NCBI GenBank assembly: GCA_964457635.1
Contig: CAYWGX010000001.1
Location: 1 to 58,592, forward strand
Direction of reading: 5' to 3'
Length of the DNA stretch: 58,592 nt
Source of the DNA: an uncultured Leptolinea sp.
GTDB lineage: Bacteria > Chloroflexota > Anaerolineae > Anaerolineales > Anaerolineaceae
Part shown: one piece after another, positions 10,200 through 20,089 of the stretch
Layout of the letters: every line of letters starts with the position of its first letter
Numbering within the stretch: the stretch's first letter is position 1
The notes under the pieces: generated by a model
Told to the model about the DNA's origin: nothing
The model's input: the letters and a program-made list of their open reading frames with translations, nothing else
The model's database searches: none
Position numbers and translations under genes: made by a program

Positions 10200-10231
10200 T
10201 ACAATTATATACTGATTTTCTGTAATATGGA

Positions 10232-12313
10232 TTATAAATCAGTACCTGCCCGTTCTGCGTCATATTCTTTCAGCAGGAAATAGTTGTCGATCACGCGTCT
10301 CACCGGATAGGCTGCCAGATACGCACCTTCTTTTCCATTATAGACAAATACTACGACAACGATCTCCGGGTCACTGTAGGGCGCGAACCCTGCCGTCCAG
10401 GCATGGGCCGGCCAGGAGCCGAATTGGCATAAGCCCTTGGCGTTGGCAATGTCGTCGCAGTATTCCGCCGTTCCCGTTTTTGCCGAGGACTCGTGAGTGT
10501 CGCCTGCAAAAGCTTCTTCGGCAGTTCCGCCCGGCTGGGGAACACGCCGCAGGCCCTTTCTCGTTTCCTCAATGACCCAGGGCTCAACGGTTTTGTACTC
10601 GTCGGTCTCTCTGCCGTTTTCGTCATAGATCATGATCTTCGGATCCTTTGTGATATCCCAGTGCATTTGCGGGGTAAATGGAAGGACTGTGTTGCCGCGT
10701 TCGTCCAGAATTTCCCGGATCAGCGTGGGTTTGACATGAACACCGCCTGCGGCAACCGTAGCAAAGGAACCCAGCACCTGGATCGGTGTGGCTGTCACAT
10801 AACCCTGACCCATGGAGGCAAGATAAGTATCACCGGTGGCCCAGGCTTCCCCCTGATTCACACGCTTCCAGGTCGTGGTAGGGATCAGGCCGTCTTCTTC
10901 ACCGTCGAGCTCGATACCGGAATATTGATCATAACCCAGTGCCCTTGCATACTGCCCGAGGCGGTCAATGCCAAGGCCCTCGGGAACCTCTGTCCCGTAA
11001 CCGCCACCGACTTTGTTGAAATAAATATTGCAGGACCATGCCAGCGCGTGCTGGTAGTCCACATTCCCGTGGCCTGTGCGCAGGTGGCAGACGTATTCCT
11101 GGACTGACCCCGGATCGTTCGGGGAATAACGCTGTTCCATGTAAATGCTGCCGGGGTCAAACACATACTGGTCCGGGGCGACGACATGTTCATTCATGGC
11201 TCCGATCCCGGTGACGATCTTGAATACCGAGCCGGGAGGCTGGGCTACCTGGGTGGCATGGTTCATCAGTGGTCTTGATTGATCGACCGAAAGCTGCTGG
11301 TAGTAATAAGCCGGAATATAACGGGTCATGCGGTTGTTTTCGTAGGAAGGTTCGCTGACCATGGCCAGGACTTCCCCCGTTTTCGGATTCATGGCGATGC
11401 CGGCTGCGTCTTCAGTGATAATGCCTGTGACGCTCACCCGGTTATAAAAGTCCATGGTGTCGATCATAGCAGCGCGCATCACATTCTGCAGCCTGACATC
11501 GATCGTCAGCATGATGTTATATCCGGGGACAGGTTCCCTTGGTGTTTCCAGATCGCGGGTCTGCAGTCCGCCGACGTCAACTTCCACGACTCTGCGCCCG
11601 TTTTTGCCCGAAAGAATATCCTGCAGTGAGGATTCCACACCCGCATAACCATATTGGTCGGACTCGATCAGGAAGCCCTTCTCCCGCATTTCATCCTGCA
11701 TCATTTCCGGGATCGGTCCCAAAAAACCGACGATCTCAGCAGTGGAATAGCCGGTGGGATATTCGCGGATCGAATTCATGCGTACACCGACTCCCGGCAT
11801 TTCCGCTGCTTTTTCCTGTACGGTCATCGCCAATTCTTTGCTGACATCACAGCGTATTCCCGTTGCGTCATAAGGCGACAGGGAACTGGCGATATATACC
11901 ACCTGGGAAATCCCGAAATCCGTATTGCATTCACTGTACAGACGGACGGTTTCGTCATTGATTTCTCCGTTGTTCACCGGAATATCGATCAGCTTTGACA
12001 GCTTTCGATATACTTCCTGGGTATCACCATCGTCTTCCGGCAGGTCCGCAGGGGTGATGGTGATATCATATGTTGCTGTATTTCTTGCCAGCACGACCCC
12101 GTTCCGGTCATAGATGATCCCTCTTTTGGTTTGATCCTGCACGATGGAAATGCGGTTTTCATCGGCAAGATCCAGGTAGTAATCTCCGTCAATGATCTGA
12201 ATGGTGAACAGCCGGTAAACATAAAAGATCATAACCCCAAAAAACACGATCAGGAATCCGATCAGTCTCGGGCTTCGTCCGGCTAATTTATTTTCACTTT
12301 GACTGCCGTTCAT
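10232..12313 (-). CDS. mrdA: Penicillin-binding protein 2 (class B transpeptidase)
   Basis: RGIIYDRNG, SVFK (SxxK), SCN (SxN), KTG motifs; N-terminal TM; mre operon context. Confidence 0.95.
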   Translation of the reverse strand: MNGSQSENKLAGRSPRLIGFLIVFFGVMIFYVYRLFTIQIIDGDYYLDLADENRISIVQDQTKRGIIYDRNGVVLARNTATYDITITPADLPEDDGDTQEVYRKLSKLIDIPVNNGEINDETVRLYSECNTDFGISQVVYIASSLSPYDATGIRCDVSKELAMTVQEKAAEMPGVGVRMNSIREYPTGYSTAEIVGFLGPIPEMMQDEMREKGFLIESDQYGYAGVESSLQDILSGKNGRRVVEVDVGGLQTRDLETPREPVPGYNIMLTIDVRLQNVMRAAMIDTMDFYNRVSVTGIITEDAAGIAMNPKTGEVLAMVSEPSYENNRMTRYIPAYYYQQLSVDQSRPLMNHATQVAQPPGSVFKIVTGIGAMNEHVVAPDQYVFDPGSIYMEQRYSPNDPGSVQEYVCHLRTGHGNVDYQHALAWSCNIYFNKVGGGYGTEVPEGLGIDRLGQYARALGYDQYSGIELDGEEDGLIPTTTWKRVNQGEAWATGDTYLASMGQGYVTATPIQVLGSFATVAAGGVHVKPTLIREILDERGNTVLPFTPQMHWDITKDPKIMIYDENGRETDEYKTVEPWVIEETRKGLRRVPQPGGTAEEAFAGDTHESSAKTGTAEYCDDIANAKGLCQFGSWPAHAWTAGFAPYSDPEIVVVVFVYNGKEGAYLAAYPVRRVIDNYFLLKEYDAERAGTDL

Positions 12314-12813
12314 TCAATCTCCTCGTTCATGTAAATCGTGTTGATGACGTCATTCAAAAAAGCGTAGGTCGGTATCGAAAACAGGACATTCATCACCAAA
12401 GAGGGAATGATGATTTGCTGGAATGCGTCCAGGTAATTGACTGATGCATTCTGCAGGAACAGCAGAGCCAGTGTCCCGACGGAAATGAGCAGTGTGCTGA
12501 GGATCGTGACAAACAGCATCAGCATCAGAGGCATTTGCCATACCCGCATCTTGATAAAGCGAATGATAAACCAGATCATCAGATACATCCACAGGTAGCC
12601 ATTCATCGGCATGGCGCTGACGTAAGACATGATCAAGCCTCCGGCTATTACAAGGATCCAGGAATATTTGGAGCGATCATTGATGCTCCATGCGGCTATG
12701 CAGAGCATGATCAGATCGGAAGTTCCGCCCATCAAACGGACCTGTCCGAAAAAGCCGACCTGTAAAAAACCGGCAATGCTGAGAATCAAAAGTCCTGCAG
12801 TTACTTCCAGCAT
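12310..12813 (-). CDS. mreD: Rod shape-determining protein MreD
   Basis: Hydrophobic 167-aa membrane protein between mreC and mrdA. Confidence 0.8.
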   Translation of the reverse strand: MLEVTAGLLILSIAGFLQVGFFGQVRLMGGTSDLIMLCIAAWSINDRSKYSWILVIAGGLIMSYVSAMPMNGYLWMYLMIWFIIRFIKMRVWQMPLMLMLFVTILSTLLISVGTLALLFLQNASVNYLDAFQQIIIPSLVMNVLFSIPTYAFLNDVINTIYMNEEIE

Positions 12814-12819
12814 TTTATT

Positions 12820-13653
12820 TTATTCCAGCGGAGCGGTGTTTGCCGGTGAGAAATTGGAGACCACCAGCACAGCCTGCAGCGAGTTGAAATCTTCCGCAGG
12901 CAGGATGGATGCGGACTGAAAGATCTCATTGTTGATCTGGTTTACGTTGAGAACCTGCCCGATGATGAAATCTGCCGGGAAATCACCGCCCAGCCCGGAG
13001 GTTTGTACGACCTGACCGGGTTCCAGGTCTACATCCTGAGAGACCATCTCGATCGTTATGTCTCCCGTAATGGAGCCCTGGACCATGCATTCCGCATCTG
13101 CTTCCACGACCACCGCGTTGATCATGGAAGTCGAATCCGTGATCAGACGAATTCTGGCTGCGGAAGCGGTGACGGCATCAATACGCCCGACCAGCCCTTT
13201 GTTGGTGACAACAGGCATGCCGGCGCGGATCCCTGCGTCGCTGCCCTGGTCGATCAGGATATATTTCAGGAAGGGGCTCGGGTCTTTGCCGATAACTTTC
13301 GCCGGGATATATTGTTCATCCGGGCTGCTGCGGGCAAAACCAAGCAGTGCGTATAAAATATCTGCTTCGTTCAGGTTCTGCTGCAGTTGGATGATCCGGC
13401 TCTGCAGTTCGGCGACCTGATTTTTCAGGTTCTCATTTTCAGCGACCAGTGCGACCTGATCTTCCGAAACGGAAAACAGGCTGATGATGAAATTCAGCCG
13501 TTCCATTAATGTGGATTGAACCTTGATCGCCGGTGATAATACGCGGTCAATCGCTTTCGCCATATAACCGCTCAGGGCAAAAAAAGCAATGCCCAGAACT
13601 ATCAAAACCAAAACGATTTTTTTCCAGTTGCGGAAATTTATTCTTTTGCGCAT
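12820..13653 (-). CDS. mreC: Rod shape-determining protein MreC
   Basis: TM plus coiled coil, then AKVIG, IDQGSDAGI, GLVGRI, TSGLGG motifs. Confidence 0.95.
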   Translation of the reverse strand: MRKRINFRNWKKIVLVLIVLGIAFFALSGYMAKAIDRVLSPAIKVQSTLMERLNFIISLFSVSEDQVALVAENENLKNQVAELQSRIIQLQQNLNEADILYALLGFARSSPDEQYIPAKVIGKDPSPFLKYILIDQGSDAGIRAGMPVVTNKGLVGRIDAVTASAARIRLITDSTSMINAVVVEADAECMVQGSITGDITIEMVSQDVDLEPGQVVQTSGLGGDFPADFIIGQVLNVNQINNEIFQSASILPAEDFNSLQAVLVVSNFSPANTAPLE

Positions 13654-13678
13654 AGTTTAGTTGAAGCAAGGCCTCATA

Positions 13679-14743
13679 TCAGCGGGGATTGCTGAACCGG
13701 TCGACACTTGCGCGGAACTGTTCCAGCGCCTCTTCACTTTCGAGAATGGCGCCGGCTCCTCTGGCAACACTGGTCATCGGGTCATCCGCGACCCATACAC
13801 GGATCCCCAGCTCATCATTCAGCCTGTCTGCCATCCCGAGGATCTGTGCACCACCGCCGGAAAGACAAATGCCGGTCTCGATCAGGTCCGCAGCCAATTC
13901 AGGCGGGGCTTCATCAATGGCATCTTTGATGGTGTCGACCATGACCTGGATGGAACCGGAAATCGCCTCACGGATCTCAACCGATGAGACTTCAATCGCT
14001 TCAGGCAGACCGGTCACCAGGTTTCTGCCTCTGATGATCATCGTTTTTTCTGTCGGCAGCGGGAATGCAGAGGCGATCGATATCTTAGTCTGCTCTGCCA
14101 TCCGTTCCCCGATATAAAGGTTATACCGGTTCCTGACATATGTGATGATATCCTGCTCAAGCTCATCGCCTGCCACACGGAGAGAACGGAACACGACGAT
14201 CTCATTCAGCGAAAGAATGGCGACCTCTGTGGTGCCACCGCCGATATCAACCACCATCGTTCCGCGGATCTCATTGATGGGGAGACCGATGCCGATAGCA
14301 GTGGCTTTCGGTTCCTCGATCAGGTAAATTTCCCGTGCACCGGCTGCCATAGCTGCATCATAAACAGCCCTGCGTTCAACATCCGTGGCTCCGCAGGGTA
14401 TGCCGATCACGACCCGCGGCCGGGGAAAAGGAGCGATCGACTGCTGATGTGCGCGCCCGATAAAATAGCCGAGCATAGCCTGTGTGATTTCAAATTCGGA
14501 AATAACACCATCGCGAAGCGGGCGGACAACGGTCAGGTTTGCGGGCGTACGTCCGACCATCTCTTTTGCCTGCATACCAATGGCTACCGGACGTTTGGTA
14601 CGTTTTTCGACAGCAACCCAGGATGGCTCATTGATCACGATACCCTTTCCGCGTACGTAAACCAATGTGTTTGCAGTCCCGAGATCGATCCCGATATCGA
14701 GTGAGAACAAACCTAACAGCCAATTCAGTGGATTGAATGCCAA
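13679..14743 (-). CDS. mreB: Rod shape-determining protein MreB
   Basis: IGIDLGTANT, RPLRDGVI, VDIGGGTTEVA, SGGGA actin-fold motifs. Confidence 0.97.
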   Translation of the reverse strand: MAFNPLNWLLGLFSLDIGIDLGTANTLVYVRGKGIVINEPSWVAVEKRTKRPVAIGMQAKEMVGRTPANLTVVRPLRDGVISEFEITQAMLGYFIGRAHQQSIAPFPRPRVVIGIPCGATDVERRAVYDAAMAAGAREIYLIEEPKATAIGIGLPINEIRGTMVVDIGGGTTEVAILSLNEIVVFRSLRVAGDELEQDIITYVRNRYNLYIGERMAEQTKISIASAFPLPTEKTMIIRGRNLVTGLPEAIEVSSVEIREAISGSIQVMVDTIKDAIDEAPPELAADLIETGICLSGGGAQILGMADRLNDELGIRVWVADDPMTSVARGAGAILESEEALEQFRASVDRFSNPR

Positions 14744-14796
14744 AACGCTACTCCAGGATGAAAGAAATTTTCATACAAAAAAAACTACTTTATCTA

Positions 14797-15525
14797 TTAT
14801 ACCAAATCTTTCGATTTTTGAGCATTTTTGCCGCTTTCGTTTTTGGGGAATTTTTCCTGATCATTCGCCTCAAGAATTCCCGGAAGTTCGTTCACGGAGT
14901 TCAGCAGAAAATCGGGTTTGTGAGCCTTCAGTAATTTAACTGTATCGAAACCGGTCTTGACGGCAGCCGCATACCCGCCTGCCCGTTTTGCGCACAAAAT
15001 GTCGAAAATCGTATCTCCGACCAAAAGACAATTCTCCGGTAAAACGTTCGCTGCTTCTGCTATTTTCAACAGCGGCATGGGATGCGGCTTGATGAACTGA
15101 CAATCTTCTGCGGAAATCACATAGGAAACAATTTCCTTCAGCTCGTATTTTTTCAGGAAAGCCTGTGTGCTGTGATAGCCGCCGGAGGTGATGATGCCGA
15201 TTTTATATTTTCCGGAAAGGGCCCGAAGGGTTTGCTGCATACCTTCCACCTCCCGGTAATTATAGTCACCTTTTACGGAGATTTTACTGTGTGCTTTGCT
15301 GAGCACTTTGTCCAGGCCCAGCATGTCCAGGAAACGGTATATCCCGTGAACAACGGTTTCACCGGCCATGATCGGCGGACGCACGAATTTTTCCATCGAA
15401 TCCCGGCTTACAAAGGGGAGCAGCTTCCTCAGCAAAACAGCCGCTTTTTCGACATAATAATCGTCGGTTTCTGCCAGTGTTCCGTCTATGTCAAATACGA
15501 TCAGCCTGATTTTTGTTGTGTCCAT
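14797..15525 (-). CDS. HAD-family hydrolase (phosphoglycolate phosphatase-like); start placed at ATG 15525
   Basis: FDIDGTL, KPHP and VGDTIFD motifs. Confidence 0.9.
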   Translation of the reverse strand: MDTTKIRLIVFDIDGTLAETDDYYVEKAAVLLRKLLPFVSRDSMEKFVRPPIMAGETVVHGIYRFLDMLGLDKVLSKAHSKISVKGDYNYREVEGMQQTLRALSGKYKIGIITSGGYHSTQAFLKKYELKEIVSYVISAEDCQFIKPHPMPLLKIAEAANVLPENCLLVGDTIFDILCAKRAGGYAAAVKTGFDTVKLLKAHKPDFLLNSVNELPGILEANDQEKFPKNESGKNAQKSKDLV

Positions 15526-15743
15526 AACAATTATTATACACAATGAAAAAAATATTTTTTGAGAAAATGTATGATTTTCAGAATCAATGAATTTTTATGT
15601 ATCATTATAATATTTTTATTCTTATTTATCATAATAAAGGCATTATAATAAAAATAGCTTTGGTTAAATCATGCCTGCTGCACCGGGATTTTGAATCAGC
15701 ACGGACAGCAGGAGAGAATAATATAAAAATTGAGGTGATCAGT

Positions 15744-16391
15744 ATGCGGAATAAAGAAAAAGATGCAAGAGAAATGGGTGAGCGGAGAGAGCGGATCCTG
15801 AAGGAGGGACTGCGATTATTTGCCGAAAAGACAATTGAGAAGGTCCCAATGATCGAAGTTGCCAACGCGGCAGGGCTCGGTATCGCCACATTGTATCGTT
15901 ACTATCTTACAAAGTCCGATCTGGTGATGGGAATCAGCACGGATGTCTGGACAAAGTATCTCGATGAAAGTCATCAGCGTCTTGAAGAACTGAAGGAAAA
16001 GAATCTGACTGCCGCTCAGGAATATGAATATATGCTTGATGCCTTTATTGATTTGTATCGGAATCATAAAGATATCCTGCGCTTCAACCAGTTCTTCAAT
16101 GTCTATGTCCAGAATGGAGAGATACCGGATGAGCAAATGAAGCCATATCTGGATATTGTCGATATGCTGAAGAAGCAGTTTCACGATGTTTATGCCAGGG
16201 CTCTTGAAGACGGTACGTTGAAAACCTCCTATACAGAACAATGCATTTTTTCGACCACCATGCATATCATGCTGGCAGCCGTGACCCGATATGCAGTCGG
16301 ACTTGTCTATGTGATGGAAGATGCCCCGGATCCTGAAAATGAATTGCTGCTTCTGAAAGAAATGATGATGGACAAATTCACGGTAAAGTGA
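15744..16391 (+). CDS. TetR/AcrR family regulator (start placed at ATG 15744)
   Basis: VANAAGLGIATLYRYY HTH; GAGGTG RBS. Confidence 0.9.
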   Translation: MRNKEKDAREMGERRERILKEGLRLFAEKTIEKVPMIEVANAAGLGIATLYRYYLTKSDLVMGISTDVWTKYLDESHQRLEELKEKNLTAAQEYEYMLDAFIDLYRNHKDILRFNQFFNVYVQNGEIPDEQMKPYLDIVDMLKKQFHDVYARALEDGTLKTSYTEQCIFSTTMHIMLAAVTRYAVGLVYVMEDAPDPENELLLLKEMMMDKFTVK

Positions 16392-16416
16392 GATTCGGGT
16401 TCTGAGTTACGATCTC

Positions 16417-17640
16417 TCAAAATTTTACAGTGAAGCGTATCCTTCCCTCTGAGGGATACGCTGCACTGAGTTTTGCCCCGAGCGCTTCACAGATGGAACG
16501 GGCAGCAGAAAGACCGATCCCGTAGCCGGAATGCCGGTCCGTCTGCGTACGGGCGCTGTCTGCCCGGTAAAAGCGCTCAAAAAGCTTTTCCGGGTCGTTG
16601 TCTGTTTCCATTTCACAGCTGTTTTCTTCTGTGAGAAAAACATGCCCGGATTCTTTGACAAGTGAAAAATCGATATCTCCCCCGGGCGTGGTATATTTGA
16701 CCGCATTATCCATCAGAATGCCCAGCAGCTGAGTGAAAGCCTCGCTGTTTGTATTCATATGCAGGTCCGGCATGACAGAGGCGGTGAAGGCCAATCCGGC
16801 AGCGTCCGCGGTATCTTTGTATGGCAGCAGAAAGGATGCTGTCAGTTCGCTGATGTCGACAGATTCTTTTTTCAGTTCGATTTCTTCATCGAGCTTTGCC
16901 TGCAGCAGCAGGTTGGCAGTCAGCTGACTCAGCCGGGTCACCTGCTCTTTGATATTGCGGTTATATTTATTCTCTCCATAGATGAGAGACATGGCGTCAT
17001 TGTTGGATTGAATGATTGCCAAAGGCGTTTTGAGCTCGTGGCCTGCGTTGGTGATAAATTGCTTCTGTTTTTCGATCCCGGCAACGATGGGGTGGACGAC
17101 GGTGCCGGAAAGCAGTACAACAAAAGCAAAAACGATGATCCAGCTGATCGCGGCGATAATCGCTGAAACACGCAGCAAAGTCCGCATGGTCAGCGTTTCC
17201 CGGGTTATATCCAGAAAATAGACCTTCTTTCCTTCGTTGATCTCTTCGATTGCATACTTATAGCGGTCGATCCTGCCGGATGATGTGCCTTTTTTGATCG
17301 CCTGGTTTGCATATTCAATCGCTTCATCGATGTCAACAAAAAAGATTTCATCCACATTGGCAAACAAGGCAGCGCCGTTTTCATCCATAAATACCGTGAA
17401 GAAGCGGGCTGAGCGCATCATATCACGATCGGGAAGCGGGATTTGCGGTCCTTCATTTTCCGGGGGCTCCATTCTCATGAAATTTCCCCCGGAAGCAATG
17501 AGCATGGACATCATCTCATCCGACTGACGCTCAAATGTGAGCCAGGCAAGTCCGTTGATCGACAGCATCAGCACCAGCAGCAGAACGGTGACAGCTGCCA
17601 TTGCGAAAAGGATGAACTTTTTGCGAAGGGTCCGCCTCAT
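16417..17640 (-). CDS. Sensor histidine kinase
   Basis: Two TMs; HELKTPL H-box, DNAVKY N-box, FERFYR, GIGL G-box. Confidence 0.95.
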   Translation of the reverse strand: MRRTLRKKFILFAMAAVTVLLLVLMLSINGLAWLTFERQSDEMMSMLIASGGNFMRMEPPENEGPQIPLPDRDMMRSARFFTVFMDENGAALFANVDEIFFVDIDEAIEYANQAIKKGTSSGRIDRYKYAIEEINEGKKVYFLDITRETLTMRTLLRVSAIIAAISWIIVFAFVVLLSGTVVHPIVAGIEKQKQFITNAGHELKTPLAIIQSNNDAMSLIYGENKYNRNIKEQVTRLSQLTANLLLQAKLDEEIELKKESVDISELTASFLLPYKDTADAAGLAFTASVMPDLHMNTNSEAFTQLLGILMDNAVKYTTPGGDIDFSLVKESGHVFLTEENSCEMETDNDPEKLFERFYRADSARTQTDRHSGYGIGLSAARSICEALGAKLSAAYPSEGRIRFTVKF

Positions 17641-18311
17641 GAAACCTGTTCCAGCTTGTAACCGAAATTTCTGCGGGAAACTATCTCTGTCTGAGATTCT
17701 ATGGAAGCCAGCCGTTTGCGGAGATAGGAAATGTAGAGCCAGACACTGTTGATGTCGGCCTCCGAGTTGAATCCCCAGGCCTTTTCCAGCAGGTCTTCGG
17801 AATTCATATACATGTTGTGATTGAGCATCAGCTGTTCCATCAGACGGTATTCCTGTTTGGGAAGGACTACGGATTTGCCGCCGCAGGAGAGCGTACCGCT
17901 TTCCACATCCAGTGTCAGGTCACCGTATTGCAGCTGATTGGAGTGAAATTCTTCTCTCCTGCGCAGCATGGCGCGAACGCGGGCCAGCAGCTCTCCCATG
18001 TCAAACGGCTTGGGCAGATAATCATCGGCACCGGCATCCAGTCCTTTGATGCGGTCTTCAACCTGACTTTTGGCGGTCAGCAGCATGATCGGTTTTTTGT
18101 ACCCGTTTTCCCGGAGCTCACGGAGGACGGTCATCCCATCCTTTTTCGGCATCATCACATCCAGAATAATGCCGTCATAGTCTCCGTACATCGCATAGTC
18201 GTATGCATCTTCTCCGTTATAAACTGGTTCGACGATATATTTGTGGTAGGTCAGAATGTCGACAACGGCTTCTGACAGTGCTTTTTCATCTTCAGCGTAA
18301 AGGATCTTCAT
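17637..18311 (-). CDS. OmpR-family response regulator
   Basis: Receiver LDVMMP, LLTAK, GADDYLPKPF; winged-helix C-terminus; overlaps the kinase start. Confidence 0.96.
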   Translation of the reverse strand: MKILYAEDEKALSEAVVDILTYHKYIVEPVYNGEDAYDYAMYGDYDGIILDVMMPKKDGMTVLRELRENGYKKPIMLLTAKSQVEDRIKGLDAGADDYLPKPFDMGELLARVRAMLRRREEFHSNQLQYGDLTLDVESGTLSCGGKSVVLPKQEYRLMEQLMLNHNMYMNSEDLLEKAWGFNSEADINSVWLYISYLRKRLASIESQTEIVSRRNFGYKLEQVS

Positions 18312-18358
18312 ACCTGCAGCTCATTACCTTTCGGAGCAACCGGCTCCAATGACACAGC

Positions 18359-19165
18359 TTAAAAACGGGTCAGGATCGCTTCAAGAACACCACCGCCGAG
18401 TGCAGAAGCTTTGTCTGAAACGGTAAAGCAGTGCTCTCTGTTGCCGCGGGGGTCGATGTCCATGATCTTCAGTCCGTTATCAACAAAAATTCCCGGGTAG
18501 ATGATGCCGCGAACGATGCCGTCCAGCTGCCCTCTGACCTCTGTATCACCGATTTTTGCGATCACTTGTCCCTCTTTGACGGCATCTCCGATTTCAACCA
18601 GCGGGCGGAAGACACCCGGGCAGGGCGCTTTGATGACACGTTTGATCCCTTCGCCTTTGATGCTGCCCGGTACGCCGGTGTTCGGCTCTGCGGAGCCGCT
18701 CCAGAAAACACGTCCCAGGTTGTGCCCGCGGTTGGTCTCGATGACGCAGTGGGCATTGCTTCCGGCTGTAAACCCGGGCCCCAGCCCGATCACCAGTGAG
18801 GCATCCCAAAGATGGGTGTCTTCGCGAAAGCTTTTGATGATCCGGGCATCGATCAGCACGTCAGGTGCGAGTGAAAGTATTTTCTCAGACGTTTCATCAA
18901 CGATCACCGGCATTTTCCGTTTTTCCCAAATTGCAGCGGCTTCACTGACATCCCGGATCAGAACGCCTTCTGCCTCTTCAACTTTGGCACTGCCCTCAAA
19001 GACAGCACCGGCAAAAGCAACCGTGCGGCGGATACACAGGGGAATGGGAAGCTCCGAAAAAATGACCCGGTAGCCGCTGCGCCATAAACGCAGGGCGATC
19101 CCGGATGCAAGATCTCCGGCTCCTTTGATGGCGATCAATTGTTCTCGTTTCATAAGGTTCTCCAT
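18359..19165 (-). CDS. yqeB: Selenium-dependent molybdenum cofactor biosynthesis protein YqeB
   Basis: IKGAGDLASG, IRRTVAF, IGLGPGF, ETNRGHNLGR, DIDPR, SDKA..LGGGVLEA motifs. Confidence 0.93.
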   Translation of the reverse strand: MENLMKREQLIAIKGAGDLASGIALRLWRSGYRVIFSELPIPLCIRRTVAFAGAVFEGSAKVEEAEGVLIRDVSEAAAIWEKRKMPVIVDETSEKILSLAPDVLIDARIIKSFREDTHLWDASLVIGLGPGFTAGSNAHCVIETNRGHNLGRVFWSGSAEPNTGVPGSIKGEGIKRVIKAPCPGVFRPLVEIGDAVKEGQVIAKIGDTEVRGQLDGIVRGIIYPGIFVDNGLKIMDIDPRGNREHCFTVSDKASALGGGVLEAILTRF

Positions 19166-19170
19166 TGCAT

Positions 19171-19872
19171 TTATACGATCAGATAATCGTAAGTACTCAG
19201 CTTTGACTTGATATATTCAGCGGCCTGCCGTTTCTCCCGGCTCTCAGTATGCGTCAGGTAAACGATTTTTTTGGCCTGTTCCGGGATGTTTTTCAGCCCT
19301 CCTAGCGGGTGTTCCAGCAGGCGCACGATGTTGTCTGCTTCTATTATATCCCCTTCAGCCAATCCGGTAAGTTTTGAAAATATTTCAGGACGATGGACGT
19401 TTTCGCTGTTTACGGGCTTCCCAAGCACATCCAGGCCTGTGACATAGATGCAGATATTCGATTCCGGTGGGATAACGGGCTCATGGGCTGCCGGTGCTTT
19501 GATGTGCCTGCGAGCAGCTCCGTCAGCTTCATTGATGAGGGGAAGGTTATTTTTACGGCAAATCGCTGAAAGAATTCGAAATTCTTCCAAAGAGCAGCCT
19601 GCTATTTTCCCGTTATGGGATTCCAGTGAGGGTGAGACCCACATGGAACTGCGCATTACCTTAGGCGGAAAAGAGGACAATTCCATACTCAGATCTGCTG
19701 AACGGATCTGGTCTGCACCGACTTTGGTCGTTGTCGTCAAAACGGCGGGTCCCGGGAATAATTTGGTCAGTTCAAACATCAGGGTCGTTTTCCCGCCGGC
19801 CCCCGCGATGGAAATCACCGGAATTTCGGAACTCAGGGAGAAAATATCAATTTTCCGGATCAAGACCGTCAT
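19171..19872 (-). CDS. yqeC: Selenium cofactor biosynthesis protein YqeC (start placed at ATG 19872)
   Basis: GAGGKTT, TTTTK, EADGA, KAPAAHEPVIP, VHRPE motifs; adjacent to yqeB. Confidence 0.9.
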   Translation of the reverse strand: MTVLIRKIDIFSLSSEIPVISIAGAGGKTTLMFELTKLFPGPAVLTTTTKVGADQIRSADLSMELSSFPPKVMRSSMWVSPSLESHNGKIAGCSLEEFRILSAICRKNNLPLINEADGAARRHIKAPAAHEPVIPPESNICIYVTGLDVLGKPVNSENVHRPEIFSKLTGLAEGDIIEADNIVRLLEHPLGGLKNIPEQAKKIVYLTHTESREKRQAAEYIKSKLSTYDYLIV

Positions 19873-20089
19873 CGCTGATGATTCCCTGTATTTCAAATGG
19901 CAGCGTCTCTGTGAATAAACGTACCGTTTCGAGGTTTTCCGGTGCAAAGCGTACGCAGATCCCGCAGTCGGAACTGACTTTGCGGGGAATGGGCGTCAGT
20001 CGGCAGCTGATCCCGCGTTTTTTCAATGCTTTCTCGATGGCAAAAGCATGTCCGGAGGTATGGACCAGCAGGATCATTTCTCTTTCCAT
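19847..20089 (-). CDS. DUF3343 family protein (putative Se/S carrier)
   Basis: A.AIEK.LK..G....PIPRKVSSDCG motif; GGAGG RBS; selenium cluster context. Confidence 0.85.
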   Translation of the reverse strand: MEREMILLVHTSGHAFAIEKALKKRGISCRLTPIPRKVSSDCGICVRFAPENLETVRLFTETLPFEIQGIISDDGLDPEN

